Origin: Eubacteriales bacterium
GTDB taxonomy: Bacteria > Bacillota > Clostridia > Oscillospirales > SIG627
Direction: 5' to 3'
NCBI GenBank assembly: GCA_045576375.1
Contig: JAZNGI010000025.1
Coordinates: 1 to 42,770 of the forward strand
Length of the DNA: 42,770 nt
Each line of letters opens with the position of its first letter. Position 1 is the first letter of the stretch. The notes beneath the pieces are model-generated. The model searched no databases. It was not told where the DNA came from and worked only from the letters and a program-made list of their open reading frames with translations. Shown here piece after piece: positions 9,003-17,755 of this stretch. The position numbers were made by a program, and so were the translations under genes.

Positions 9003-9677
9003 TTACTTCTCGATCTCTCTGTTGTTATAGAGTTCCTTCATTTCAGCGACGGGCTTTTGCATGATCGCTTCCATCAGATCCTTGAAGGTGCCGTCCTTGA
9101 TCTCCTGAACACGGTTGTCAAGGTGCTCGCACTTGGGAGCCAGATACTTACCGTTGATTCTTCTGGCAAGCATGGCCACCTGAGGATGAGAAATTCCGGC
9201 GGGGCAACGGGAAGAGCAAACGCCGCACATCACGCAGTCAAAGCTCTCCTCGGCGCACTTTTCAAACTCGCCTCTCTGAGCGTAGGCAATGTACTGCATC
9301 ACGTTCAGGCTCTGGGTGCAGCTCTTGGTGCAGGCGTTGCAGCCGATGCAACTGTAGATCTCGGGATAGAGCTGCATCATCACCGCCTGGGTGGCGGGGA
9401 TCTTTTCAACGTCGAACACCTTTTTCACCAGGGGGAAGAAGGGCAGCGTGGCAACGTACATGCCTTCCTGCACCTTGGTCTCGCAAGCCAGACAAGCCTT
9501 CAGCTCCACCTGGCCGTGAATGCGGTAGATGGTAGCGCAGGCACCGCAGAAGCCGTTACGGCAGCCGCATCCGCGAACAAGCTGATAGCCGGCGTATTCC
9601 ATCGCCGTCATAATGGTGAGATTGGAGGGCACGCTGTACTGCTTGCCCATCAAATATACTTTTACCATATCTTCCAT
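9003..9677 (-). CDS. SdhB/FrdB/TfrB-like iron-sulfur subunit (2Fe-2S plus two Cys4 cluster motifs)
   Basis: 224 aa. CRNGFCGAC...C (2Fe-2S pattern C-x4-C-x2-C-xn-C), CIGCNACTKSC and CVMCGVCSSRCP. Confidence 0.8.
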   Translation of the reverse strand: MEDMVKVYLMGKQYSVPSNLTIMTAMEYAGYQLVRGCGCRNGFCGACATIYRIHGQVELKACLACETKVQEGMYVATLPFFPLVKKVFDVEKIPATQAVMMQLYPEIYSCIGCNACTKSCTQSLNVMQYIAYAQRGEFEKCAEESFDCVMCGVCSSRCPAGISHPQVAMLARRINGKYLAPKCEHLDNRVQEIKDGTFKDLMEAIMQKPVAEMKELYNNREIEK

Positions 9678-9701
9678 ATCGTTCGTACCTCTTTTCGATA
9701 A

Positions 9702-10529
9702 TCAATATTCAGCGGGCAGCTGCTCCAGCTGATCGCAACGGAACACGGGGCCGTCTTTGCAGATATACTTGGAGCCGATGTTGCATCTGCCGCACTTGCC
9801 GATTCCGCACTTCATTCTCATTTCCATGGTGGTGTAGACCTGGTTTTTCACAAAGCCCAGCTCCACCAGTCCCGCCAAAGTGAATTTGATCATAATGGGG
9901 GGACCACAGATGATGACGGTTTTGTTTACGTCAAAGCCCAGCTCCTTCACGTAGTTGGGAACGAAGCCCACGTGGCCTTCCCATCCCTCCTGAGGACGGT
10001 CGATGGTGAGGTACACGTTGATATCCTCGCCCTTCACCCACTCGTTAACGATCTCGGGATAATCCACCAGATCGTCCGCACTGCGGGAGCCGTAAACAAT
10101 GTCGATGTGACCGTAGTTGGCGCGATTGTCGCGGCAATAGTTGATCACGGAGCGCAGAGGCGCCAGACCGATACCGCCGGCAACGAACACCAGATCCTTG
10201 TGCTTGAAATCGCTTTCCACGGGGAACCCGTTGCCGTAGGGACCGCGGATGGTGATCTGCTGACCTGCTTCCATGCGGTGGAGCCAATTGGTGAGGCAGC
10301 CGCACTTTTTAATGCTGAATTCCATGAACTCGCGGTTGGTGGGAGAAGAGGTGATGGAGAACATGGCCTCCCCCACGCCGGGAATGGACAGCATGGCGCA
10401 CTGTCCGGGAATATGTTCAAAGGGTTTCTTACCGTCCAGACCCACCACGCGGAAGGTTTTCACGTCGGGCGTGTCCACTCGCACGTCGGTCACGACGCCC
10501 AGGATCGGTACGAGTACGTTTTCATTCAT
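9702..10529 (-). CDS. FlxA-like FAD/NAD(P)H-binding oxidoreductase with C-terminal 2Fe-2S (PyrK / AsrB / sulfhydrogenase gamma family)
   Basis: 275 aa. FNR-like motifs (AMFSITSSP, FVAGGIGLAPLRS) and a C-terminal CGIGKCGRCNIGSKYICKDGPVF. The start overlaps the upstream stop (TGATG). Confidence 0.8.
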   Translation of the reverse strand: MNENVLVPILGVVTDVRVDTPDVKTFRVVGLDGKKPFEHIPGQCAMLSIPGVGEAMFSITSSPTNREFMEFSIKKCGCLTNWLHRMEAGQQITIRGPYGNGFPVESDFKHKDLVFVAGGIGLAPLRSVINYCRDNRANYGHIDIVYGSRSADDLVDYPEIVNEWVKGEDINVYLTIDRPQEGWEGHVGFVPNYVKELGFDVNKTVIICGPPIMIKFTLAGLVELGFVKNQVYTTMEMRMKCGIGKCGRCNIGSKYICKDGPVFRCDQLEQLPAEY

Positions 10530-11560
10530 CAGTTCTTACCTCCCAACGCTTTGATGACCTTAACAATGTTGAGGGATACGGGACATTTCTTCAGGCAACG
10601 TCCGCAACCGACACAGGAGAATTCTCCTTGGTTGTTCTTGGGGAAATACACCAGCTTGTGCATAAATCTCTGACGGAAGCGCTCCATCTGCGTGGTGCGG
10701 GGATTGTGACCTGCCGCCTGAGTGAACTCAGAGTACATACAGGAGTCCCAGCAACGGAAACGGGTGACGCTCTTGCCGTTGTCAAAATCGCGGATATCGT
10801 AGCACTGACAGGTGGGACAAACAAAGGTGCAGGTGCCGCAACCCAGACAAGCCTCGGAAAGCTCCTCCCATTTTTCGGATCGGAACATTTCCAATTCACT
10901 TGCCTCGCCGAAGGCACTCACGTCCAGATCGCTGTAGGGCAGACGGTCCACGATAGCCTTGATCTGCGCCTTGGTGTCTTCCAGGGCCTTTTCATCGGCG
11001 GCATTCGTCTCAGTCAGTGCGTCTTTCAGCGCCTTCAGAAGCGCCTCGCCCTTCTCGGTGTTGGCGTTGAGCATCATCTCGTCGCCCACGATGGTGGCGC
11101 TCACGTCGCCGCCGGGCTGAGAAGCATCCACGCCGAAGACCTTACAAAAGCAAGTTTCCTCGGGCTCGTTACAGCTAAGGGTCACTACCGTGCCGTTTTC
11201 TCTGCGACTGCGGTAGAGAGCATCCACGGGCTCGGAGAGGAACACACGGTCCAGCACCTCAAAGCTCTTGGCGTCGCAGGCGCGCACGCCGAAGAGGACG
11301 AAGGGATCGTCGCAGGTGGGCAGAGCCTCCACGCTGATCTCGTTCTTGTTCAGATGAAAGCGGGCGTAGCACTCGCTCTGAGGGAAGAAGAGATCCTTGG
11401 GAGATTTCACGGTGTGAAGGGCATCCAAACGCACCTTCTCGCCGGCAGACCACTGATAAAACTGAACCTGACCTGCCTTTTCGATGGGCAGATACAAGGT
11501 TTTTCCTTGGCTGATCAGCTCAAACAGGCTGTCAAGCCGGGTAAGAGAGATCTTCATCAT
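10529..11560 (-). CDS. FlxB-like 4Fe-4S protein (AsrA / sulfhydrogenase beta family)
   Basis: 343 aa. CLGCGTCTFVCPTCQCYD and CVGCGRCLKKCP. ATGA overlap with the upstream gene. GGGGAGG SD. Confidence 0.75.
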   Translation of the reverse strand: MMKISLTRLDSLFELISQGKTLYLPIEKAGQVQFYQWSAGEKVRLDALHTVKSPKDLFFPQSECYARFHLNKNEISVEALPTCDDPFVLFGVRACDAKSFEVLDRVFLSEPVDALYRSRRENGTVVTLSCNEPEETCFCKVFGVDASQPGGDVSATIVGDEMMLNANTEKGEALLKALKDALTETNAADEKALEDTKAQIKAIVDRLPYSDLDVSAFGEASELEMFRSEKWEELSEACLGCGTCTFVCPTCQCYDIRDFDNGKSVTRFRCWDSCMYSEFTQAAGHNPRTTQMERFRQRFMHKLVYFPKNNQGEFSCVGCGRCLKKCPVSLNIVKVIKALGGKN

Positions 11561-12540
11561 CCGTTATTACCTCCCCTTTCGTGTACAATGGAGGGTTCCG
11601 CATCGTTCTTGTCAAAGTCCATCACGGGAGATCTGCCCGCATCGGTCTCTCCCGCCTGATATTCACCGTAGAGCTCGTTGATATCCTTGATGAACTTGCG
11701 GTTAAGCAGGTGCAGAGGGATCTTCTCGGGACACACGCGGGAGCACTCGCCGCAGTCGGTGCAACGGCCCGCCACGTGGAAGGCGCGAATGATGTGGAAC
11801 ATATTCTCTTCAAAGGTGTCGCTGTTAGCTTTGGAGGCGATGCCGGAGTTATCGTTGTCGAACACGCACTTTTCGCAGGTGCAGGCAGGACAAGCGTTAC
11901 GGCAGGCGTTGCAACGGATACACTTGGAAAGCTCGCTTCTCCAGAAAGCAAAGCGCTCCTCGGAGCTCATCTTCTCCAGGGCGGCGACCTTTTCGAAGCG
12001 GTCGTTACGGGCGGGAGCTTCCTCGTCGGCACAGATCAGCTCGTCATAGATCACGTGCTTTCCGCCGCGGCAAACGGTGCATCTGCCGAGAACGGCGCTC
12101 TTTCTGGGAAGGGTCTTGGTACCGTAGAGAGTCTCCACGGTGAGAGTCTCCCCGTCGTCCTTCACGGAGGTGATTCCCTTGATGCCCTGGGCGCGGATCA
12201 GATCAATATCCACCATTCCGGGGCAACCGATGCCCAAAACGTAGATCTTACTGCGATCCACTCGGTGCTCGGTGAGAAGCTGATTCAGACTGTAGGAATC
12301 ACAGGGCTTAAGACAAACCAGGATCTTTCCCTCTTTTTTGGCTTCCTTCACCAGATACTTGGAGAGATTGGCACCGCAGAAGGAATCGAACACAAAGTCC
12401 TCCAGCTCCTCTGCCGTTTCAAACACGGCGGGGCTGTTGTCGTAGAAAAACTCGCCCCGTTTCCAACCGAGAGCACGGTCAACGGTTTTATTCTCCAGCA
12501 GTTGGAGAATTTTATTTTTGATCAGTTCTGTTCTTTGCAT
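11557..12540 (-). CDS. FlxC-like 2x[4Fe-4S] protein with FrhB-like N-terminal region
   Basis: 327 aa. CIRCNACRNACPACTCEKC and CTDCGECSRVCP. GGAGGA SD. The start lies 19 nt inside the mvhD 3' end. Confidence 0.7.
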   Translation of the reverse strand: MQRTELIKNKILQLLENKTVDRALGWKRGEFFYDNSPAVFETAEELEDFVFDSFCGANLSKYLVKEAKKEGKILVCLKPCDSYSLNQLLTEHRVDRSKIYVLGIGCPGMVDIDLIRAQGIKGITSVKDDGETLTVETLYGTKTLPRKSAVLGRCTVCRGGKHVIYDELICADEEAPARNDRFEKVAALEKMSSEERFAFWRSELSKCIRCNACRNACPACTCEKCVFDNDNSGIASKANSDTFEENMFHIIRAFHVAGRCTDCGECSRVCPEKIPLHLLNRKFIKDINELYGEYQAGETDAGRSPVMDFDKNDAEPSIVHERGGNNG

Positions 12541-12971
12541 CGCAGATCCTCCAACTTCTTATTTTCTCCCAAGGCGGTGACCTGGGCCACGAAATCGTTC
12601 ATAACGTTGGCAAACTTTGCGCCTTCGGCGGCAGAAACCCATTCCACACGGGTGCGTTCTCTTTCAATGCCCAGATAATCCAGCATGCTGAAAAGAAGCG
12701 TCATTCTTCTTCTGGCATAGTAGTTACCGGTGGAATAGTGGCAGTCGCCGGGGTGGCATCCGCAAAGAATGACTCCGTCGGCGCCTCTCTGGAAGGCGCG
12801 GAGAATGAACATCGGGTTCACTCTGCAGGAACAGGGAACGCGGATGATCTTCACCTCTGCGGGATAGGTCATTCGGCCCGATCCGGCAAGGTCAGCGCCC
12901 GCATAGCTGCACCAGTTGCAGCAGAAAGCCACGATCAGAGGCTTGAATTCTTTCTTTTCTTCTATTTGCAT
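12522..12971 (-). CDS. mvhD: MvhD/FlxD-like 2Fe-2S electron-transfer protein (methyl-viologen-reducing hydrogenase delta subunit family)
   Basis: True start MQIEEKKEFKPLIVAFCCNWCSYAGADLAG...RVPCSCRV...ILCGCHPGDCHY is a typical MvhD cysteine pattern. The track N-terminal extension lies inside hdrA. 10-nt overlap with the hdrA stop. Confidence 0.85.
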   Translation of the reverse strand: MQIEEKKEFKPLIVAFCCNWCSYAGADLAGSGRMTYPAEVKIIRVPCSCRVNPMFILRAFQRGADGVILCGCHPGDCHYSTGNYYARRRMTLLFSMLDYLGIERERTRVEWVSAAEGAKFANVMNDFVAQVTALGENKKLEDLRCKEQN

Positions 12972-14947
12972 ATTGCGTCTACCTCCGACATAATCTGTCT
13001 GTTGCTGAAGCCCTTCAGGTCCATTGCACCGGAGGTGCAAGCCACGGTGCAGGCACCGCAACCCTGGCACACGGCGGGGTTCACGGATGCGACTCTGCGC
13101 ACCACCATCTTACCCGCAATGCGGAATTCCTTCTCGGAATAGGTGATGGCGCCGTAGGGGCAGACCTTTTCACAGCAGGAACAGCCGTTACACAGCATTT
13201 CATCGCTGGATGCCACGCAGGGGTTTCCTAACAGCTTATCCTTGCAAAGCAAGCCGATGACCTTTCCTGCGGCGGCACCTGCCTGAGCCACGGTCTCGGG
13301 AATGTCCTTGGGACCCTGGCACACACCGGACAGGAACACGCCTGCGGTGGGGCTTTCCACGGGACGGAGCTTGGGATGAGCCTCGGTGAAGAAATCGTTG
13401 GTGTCCATGCTGGCGGTGAGCATCGTTGCCAGGGGACGGGCGCTCTTATCGGGCTCGATGGCAGTTGCCAGAACCACCATGTCAGCCTTGATCTGCATCT
13501 GCTCGCCGGCGATCAGATCGCTGGCCTGAACCAAAAGCTGATCTCCCTCAGGGGAAACCTTGCCTACCATGCCCTTGATGTAATGAACGCCGTATTTCTC
13601 CACGGCACGGCGGTAGAACTCGTCAAAGCCCTTGCCGGGAGTTCTCACGTCGATGTAGAATACGTACACCTCGGTGTCGGGATACTTTTCTCTGGTAAGC
13701 ATTGCGTGCTTGGCGGTATACATACAGCAGATCTTGGAGCAATACTCCTTGCCGCAGCTACGGGTGTCACGGCTTCCCACGCACTGCACGAACACGATGG
13801 TATGGGGATGCTTTCCGTCGGAAGGACGCAACAGGGTTCCCGCGGTGGGGCCGGCGGCGTTCATCAGACGCTCGTACTCCAGGGAGGTGACCACGTCCTT
13901 GGACTTATTGTAGGAATACTCGCCGAACTTATCGGGCTTGATGGGATTGAAGCCGGTGGCCACGACGATGGCGCCGTACTTCTCTTCCACGATCTCGTCC
14001 TTCTGCGTGTAATCAATGGCCTTTGCCTGGCACACCTTGGCGCAGACGCCGCATTTTCCCGTTTTCAGCATGGTGCAATGATCGGGATCAATGGTGGCTA
14101 CCTTGGGAACAGCCTGAGCAAAGGGGATGTAGATGGCGCGGCGGGTGTCCATTCCCATATTGAATTCGTTGGGAACCTTTTTCTGAGGACATTTGTTGGT
14201 GCAGTCGCCGCAACCGGTACACAAGTCGGTGTTGACAAAGCGGGCTTTCTTGCGGATCTTCACGGAGAAATTACCCACGAAGCCCTTCACCTCGTCTACC
14301 TCACTGTAGGAGTAGATCTTAATCTTTTCGTGCTGAGCCGCATCCACCATTTTGGGGGTGAGAATGCAGGCGGCACAGTCCAGCGTGGGGAAGGTTTTAT
14401 CCAGCTGAGCCATTTTTCCGCCGATGGTGGGCTGTTTTTCCACGATGTCCACTTCGAAGCCCGCGTCGGCAATGTCAAGAGCGGTCTGGATGCCGGCGAT
14501 ACCGCCGCCGATCACCAGGGCGCGCTTGGTTACGGGGGACTCCCCTGCTTGCAGAGGAACGTTGAGATTCACTTTCGCAACGGCGGCCTTTCCGAGAATA
14601 ATCGCCTTTTCGGTGCCCTCGGGCATATCCTTGTGGATCCAGGAGCATTGCTCACGGATGTTGGCGATCTCCACCATATAGGGGTTCAGACCTGCGGCCT
14701 GAGCGGTCTTACGGAAGGTGGCCTCGTGCATTCTGGGAGAGCAGGAGCAGACCACGATACCCGTCAAGCGATGCTCGGCAATGGCATCCTTAATGACCTT
14801 CTGGCCCGCCTCGGAGCACATGTACTGATAATCGGTGGAGAAAACGACACCGGGCTCGTTTTTCAACGCTTCCGCCACCGCGTGTACGTCTACGGTTCCG
14901 GCAATATTACTGCCGCACCAGCAGACAAAAACGCCAATTCTTTGCAT
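12962..14947 (-). CDS. hdrA: Heterodisulfide reductase subunit A-like flavoprotein (bifurcating-type FAD plus multiple 4Fe-4S)
   Basis: 661 aa. MQRIGVFVCWCGSNIAG, ALVIGGGIAGIQTALDIA, CTGCGDCTNKCP, CGVCAKVC, FVQCVGSRD, CNGCSCCEKVCP, CQGCGACTVAC. Confidence 0.9.
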   Translation of the reverse strand: MQRIGVFVCWCGSNIAGTVDVHAVAEALKNEPGVVFSTDYQYMCSEAGQKVIKDAIAEHRLTGIVVCSCSPRMHEATFRKTAQAAGLNPYMVEIANIREQCSWIHKDMPEGTEKAIILGKAAVAKVNLNVPLQAGESPVTKRALVIGGGIAGIQTALDIADAGFEVDIVEKQPTIGGKMAQLDKTFPTLDCAACILTPKMVDAAQHEKIKIYSYSEVDEVKGFVGNFSVKIRKKARFVNTDLCTGCGDCTNKCPQKKVPNEFNMGMDTRRAIYIPFAQAVPKVATIDPDHCTMLKTGKCGVCAKVCQAKAIDYTQKDEIVEEKYGAIVVATGFNPIKPDKFGEYSYNKSKDVVTSLEYERLMNAAGPTAGTLLRPSDGKHPHTIVFVQCVGSRDTRSCGKEYCSKICCMYTAKHAMLTREKYPDTEVYVFYIDVRTPGKGFDEFYRRAVEKYGVHYIKGMVGKVSPEGDQLLVQASDLIAGEQMQIKADMVVLATAIEPDKSARPLATMLTASMDTNDFFTEAHPKLRPVESPTAGVFLSGVCQGPKDIPETVAQAGAAAGKVIGLLCKDKLLGNPCVASSDEMLCNGCSCCEKVCPYGAITYSEKEFRIAGKMVVRRVASVNPAVCQGCGACTVACTSGAMDLKGFSNRQIMSEVDAICK

Positions 14948-14962
14948 TTGGTTTTCTCCTCC

Positions 14963-15355
14963 TTATTTGGAATATTTCCGGAACGCGCTGACCAAAGCCT
15001 GCTGAGGCATTTGGTCGTCCAACAGCGCGGGGATCTGCTCGGGCACAAGATGGTTCTCGCCCTGACGGCGGATCTTCAAAACACGGATGGCTTCAATGAT
15101 GTTGGTGGGCTCCACCTGGCGGGGGCAACGCTCCACGCAGGCAAAGCAGGACATACAGCGGTAGAAGGCGTCGGAATTCATGATGCCCTCGATCTGACCT
15201 TTTTCGGCAAGGTAGACAAACTCATGGGGCAGATATTCCATCTCTCCGTAGGCGGGACAGGTTGCGGAGCACTTGCCGCAACGCATACATTTCTTGGCAT
15301 CCACGCCGCTGATGCGCTGGATCTCCTGTGCGGTATGAAGGTTTTTTTCGTTCAT
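14963..15355 (-). CDS. hdrC: Heterodisulfide reductase subunit C-like 2x[4Fe-4S] protein
   Basis: Start MNEKNLHT after a GGGGGAG SD. CMRCGKCSATCP and CMSCFACVERCP. Confidence 0.85.
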   Translation of the reverse strand: MNEKNLHTAQEIQRISGVDAKKCMRCGKCSATCPAYGEMEYLPHEFVYLAEKGQIEGIMNSDAFYRCMSCFACVERCPRQVEPTNIIEAIRVLKIRRQGENHLVPEQIPALLDDQMPQQALVSAFRKYSK

Positions 15356-15366
15356 TCTTCTCCCCC

Positions 15367-16149
15367 TCACTTAACACCCAGGGCTTCGGCAAGAAGCTCT
15401 GTGAAATAATAAACGGGAAGCTGAGTGCCCTCTGCGTTCTTGGTCAGATTATACATACACAGGGGGCAGGCGGTGATGAGCATTTGCGCACCGTTGGCAT
15501 CCGCGGAACGGACGATGGTGCTGCTCTTGTCCTGTGCCAGCTTCTTTGCCTCCAGGGCAACATAGCCGCCGCAGCATTCGTTGCGGTAGGGATACTCCAC
15601 GCTCTCGGCGCCGATGGCGCGGATGAAATCCTCCATCACGCAAGGATCGCCGGGATCGTCAAATTCCATGACACTGCCGGGTCTGAGAAGCATACAGCCG
15701 TAGTATGCACCGATCTTCTTGCCCGTCAGAGGATTCACTACCTTCTTTTTCAGCTCCTCAAAGCCGATGCGGTCACGAAGGATCTCCAAAAAGTGGAGCA
15801 CCTTGGTTTGGCCGGTGTAGGGCGTGTCAAGCTGAAGGTAGTTGTTTGCTTTTTCGCAAATTTCAGGATCGTTTGCCATATCGTCATTCACGCGTTTGAG
15901 CACGTGGTGGCAGGCGGAGCAAAGGGTGACCAGCTCTCTGCCGTTATCTCTGGCATCGGCCAGAGCACGGACGGAAGAAAGCTTGGTGGCAATTTCATCC
16001 CTCGCCAGAGGATACACGCCGCCGCAGCACTGCCAATCCTTGATCTCTTCCAATTGGAAGCCCAAGGCCTCTGCACTGCGTCTGGCATACTCATCCAACT
16101 GTTTTGCTTTCGTTTTCAGGGTACATCCCGGATAATAGCTGAATACCAT
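15367..16149 (-). CDS. hdrB: Heterodisulfide reductase subunit B-like protein with two intact CCG domains
   Basis: 260 aa. YYPGC...WQCCGG...CSAC and YYGC...NECCGG...CPLC, i.e. two complete CCG cysteine motifs. Confidence 0.9.
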   Translation of the reverse strand: MVFSYYPGCTLKTKAKQLDEYARRSAEALGFQLEEIKDWQCCGGVYPLARDEIATKLSSVRALADARDNGRELVTLCSACHHVLKRVNDDMANDPEICEKANNYLQLDTPYTGQTKVLHFLEILRDRIGFEELKKKVVNPLTGKKIGAYYGCMLLRPGSVMEFDDPGDPCVMEDFIRAIGAESVEYPYRNECCGGYVALEAKKLAQDKSSTIVRSADANGAQMLITACPLCMYNLTKNAEGTQLPVYYFTELLAEALGVK

Positions 16150-16205
16150 ATCTTGCCGCCGATCTCTCGGCGTTTCCTCCTGTCAATTATTTTTTATCCG
16201 CAGCT

Positions 16206-17576
16206 TCAGACCATCTGCTCGGGGTGGAACACCTCGTCGAACTTCTCGGCGGTCAAGAAGCCCAAAGCCACGCAGGCTTCCTTGAGAGAAATGTTCTCCT
16301 TGTAGGCCTTCTTGGCGGTCTTGGCGGCGTTGTCGTAGCCGATGTAGGGGTTGAGAGCGGTAACGAGCATCAAAGAGTTGTGAAGGTTATGAGCCATCTT
16401 TTCCTTGTTTGCCTTGATTCCCGCCACGCAGTTATCGTTGAAGGAGACGATGCCGTCTGCCAACAGACGAACGGACTGCAGGAAGTTATAGATGCAAACG
16501 GGCATAAACACGTTCAGCTCGAAGTTACCCTGAGAAGCGGCCATACCCACGGCAACGTCGTTGGCCATCACCTGAACGGCCACCATGGTCATGGACTCGC
16601 ACTGGGTGGGGTTCACCTTACCGGGCATAATGGAGCTGCCGGGCTCGTTTTCGGGAATGAAGATCTCGCCCAGACCGTCGCGGGGACCGCTGGCCAGCCA
16701 ACGCACGTCGTTGGCGATCTTCATCAGATTGGCCGCCAGAGCCTTCAGAGCACCGTGAGCAAACACCAGCTCGTCCTTGGAGGTGAGCGCGTGGAACTTG
16801 TTCTCAGCGGTCACGAAGGGCTTGCCGGTGAGCTCGCTGACCACCTTGGCAACGTCGGCTCCGAAGGTCTTGGGAGCGTTGAGGCCGGTGCCCACGGCGG
16901 TGCCGCCCAGTGCCAGCTCGTGAAGCCCCTTCAGAGAGAGCTCCAGCATTCCCTTGGTCTTTTCCAGCATGTTTCTCCAGCCGGAGATCTCCTGGGAGAA
17001 TTTAATGGGAGTAGCATCCTGCAGATGGGTTCTGCCGCTCTTCACGATGCCCTCGTTTTCCTCCTCCAGTCTTTTGAAGGTGGCGATGAGCTGATCCATT
17101 GCGGGGAAGAGCTTGTCCTCGATGCACAGCACGGCGGCGATGTGCATGGCCGTGGGGAAAGTGTCGTTGGAGGACTGGGACATATTGATATCGTCGTTGG
17201 GGTGGCAAAGCTTTTTGCCTGCCATCTCATTGGCGCGGTTTGCAATGACTTCGTTGGCGTTCATGTTGGACTGGGTTCCGCTTCCGGTCTGCCAAACTAC
17301 CAAGGGGAAATGATCGTAGAGCTTGCCTTCGATCACCTCGTCGCAGGCCTTCTTGATGAACTCCAGCTTTTCCTCGGTCATCTTCTCGGGCTTCAAGCCG
17401 TAGTTAGCGATGGCGGCAGCCTTCTTGAGAATGCCGAAGGCGTGGGTGATCTCGCGGGGCATCAGCTCTCCGCCGATCTTGAAGTTCTGCAGACTTCTTT
17501 GGGTCTGTGCCGCCCAATATCTGTCTGCGGGGACGAGCATCTCGCCCATAGAGTCTCTTTCTGTACGATAGTTCAT
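16206..17576 (-). CDS. fumC: Class II fumarate hydratase
   Basis: 456 aa, near-colinear with E. coli FumC by recall: [52 protein letters not shown]. Confidence 0.95.
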   Translation of the reverse strand: MNYRTERDSMGEMLVPADRYWAAQTQRSLQNFKIGGELMPREITHAFGILKKAAAIANYGLKPEKMTEEKLEFIKKACDEVIEGKLYDHFPLVVWQTGSGTQSNMNANEVIANRANEMAGKKLCHPNDDINMSQSSNDTFPTAMHIAAVLCIEDKLFPAMDQLIATFKRLEEENEGIVKSGRTHLQDATPIKFSQEISGWRNMLEKTKGMLELSLKGLHELALGGTAVGTGLNAPKTFGADVAKVVSELTGKPFVTAENKFHALTSKDELVFAHGALKALAANLMKIANDVRWLASGPRDGLGEIFIPENEPGSSIMPGKVNPTQCESMTMVAVQVMANDVAVGMAASQGNFELNVFMPVCIYNFLQSVRLLADGIVSFNDNCVAGIKANKEKMAHNLHNSLMLVTALNPYIGYDNAAKTAKKAYKENISLKEACVALGFLTAEKFDEVFHPEQMV

Positions 17577-17755
17577 TGGAAACCTCCTAAATTTTTTCCT
17601 TAATTATTTTATGGGTGGATCTTCCCCGTCATGCTTTTCTCCCTTCAAAGCGACGCTTCATCGGCGCCGATGGAAAAACCGAGGGCGACAGGGCAAGAAA
17701 GCCGCGGCAAGCGCCTTGCGGGGCTCAGCACACTTCTTTACTTATCCAATATAAA

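Noticed and set aside
7296-9701. 801-aa plus-strand ORF spanning the whole FrdA-like and FrdB-like region
   Set aside because: It is entirely antisense to two genes with clear family motifs. It has low-complexity G/H/L/V/A-rich composition typical of GC-rich shadow frames, no RBS and no recognisable domain.
12972-13070. N-terminal extensions in the track produced by upstream alternative starts: mvhD 13070, MATE 19481, dCMP deaminase 19983, secF-like 24133, thioesterase 24921, SDR 27837, asnA 32903, valS 38568 and the activation domain 2750
   Set aside because: Each extension overlaps the preceding gene or a promoter and lacks an SD. In every case an internal ATG or GTG with a good SD gives a protein of the expected family length.
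13376-15409. 677-aa plus-strand ORF opposite hdrA/hdrC
   Set aside because: It is an antisense shadow of strongly conserved hdrA, with the same compositional signature, no motifs and no SD.
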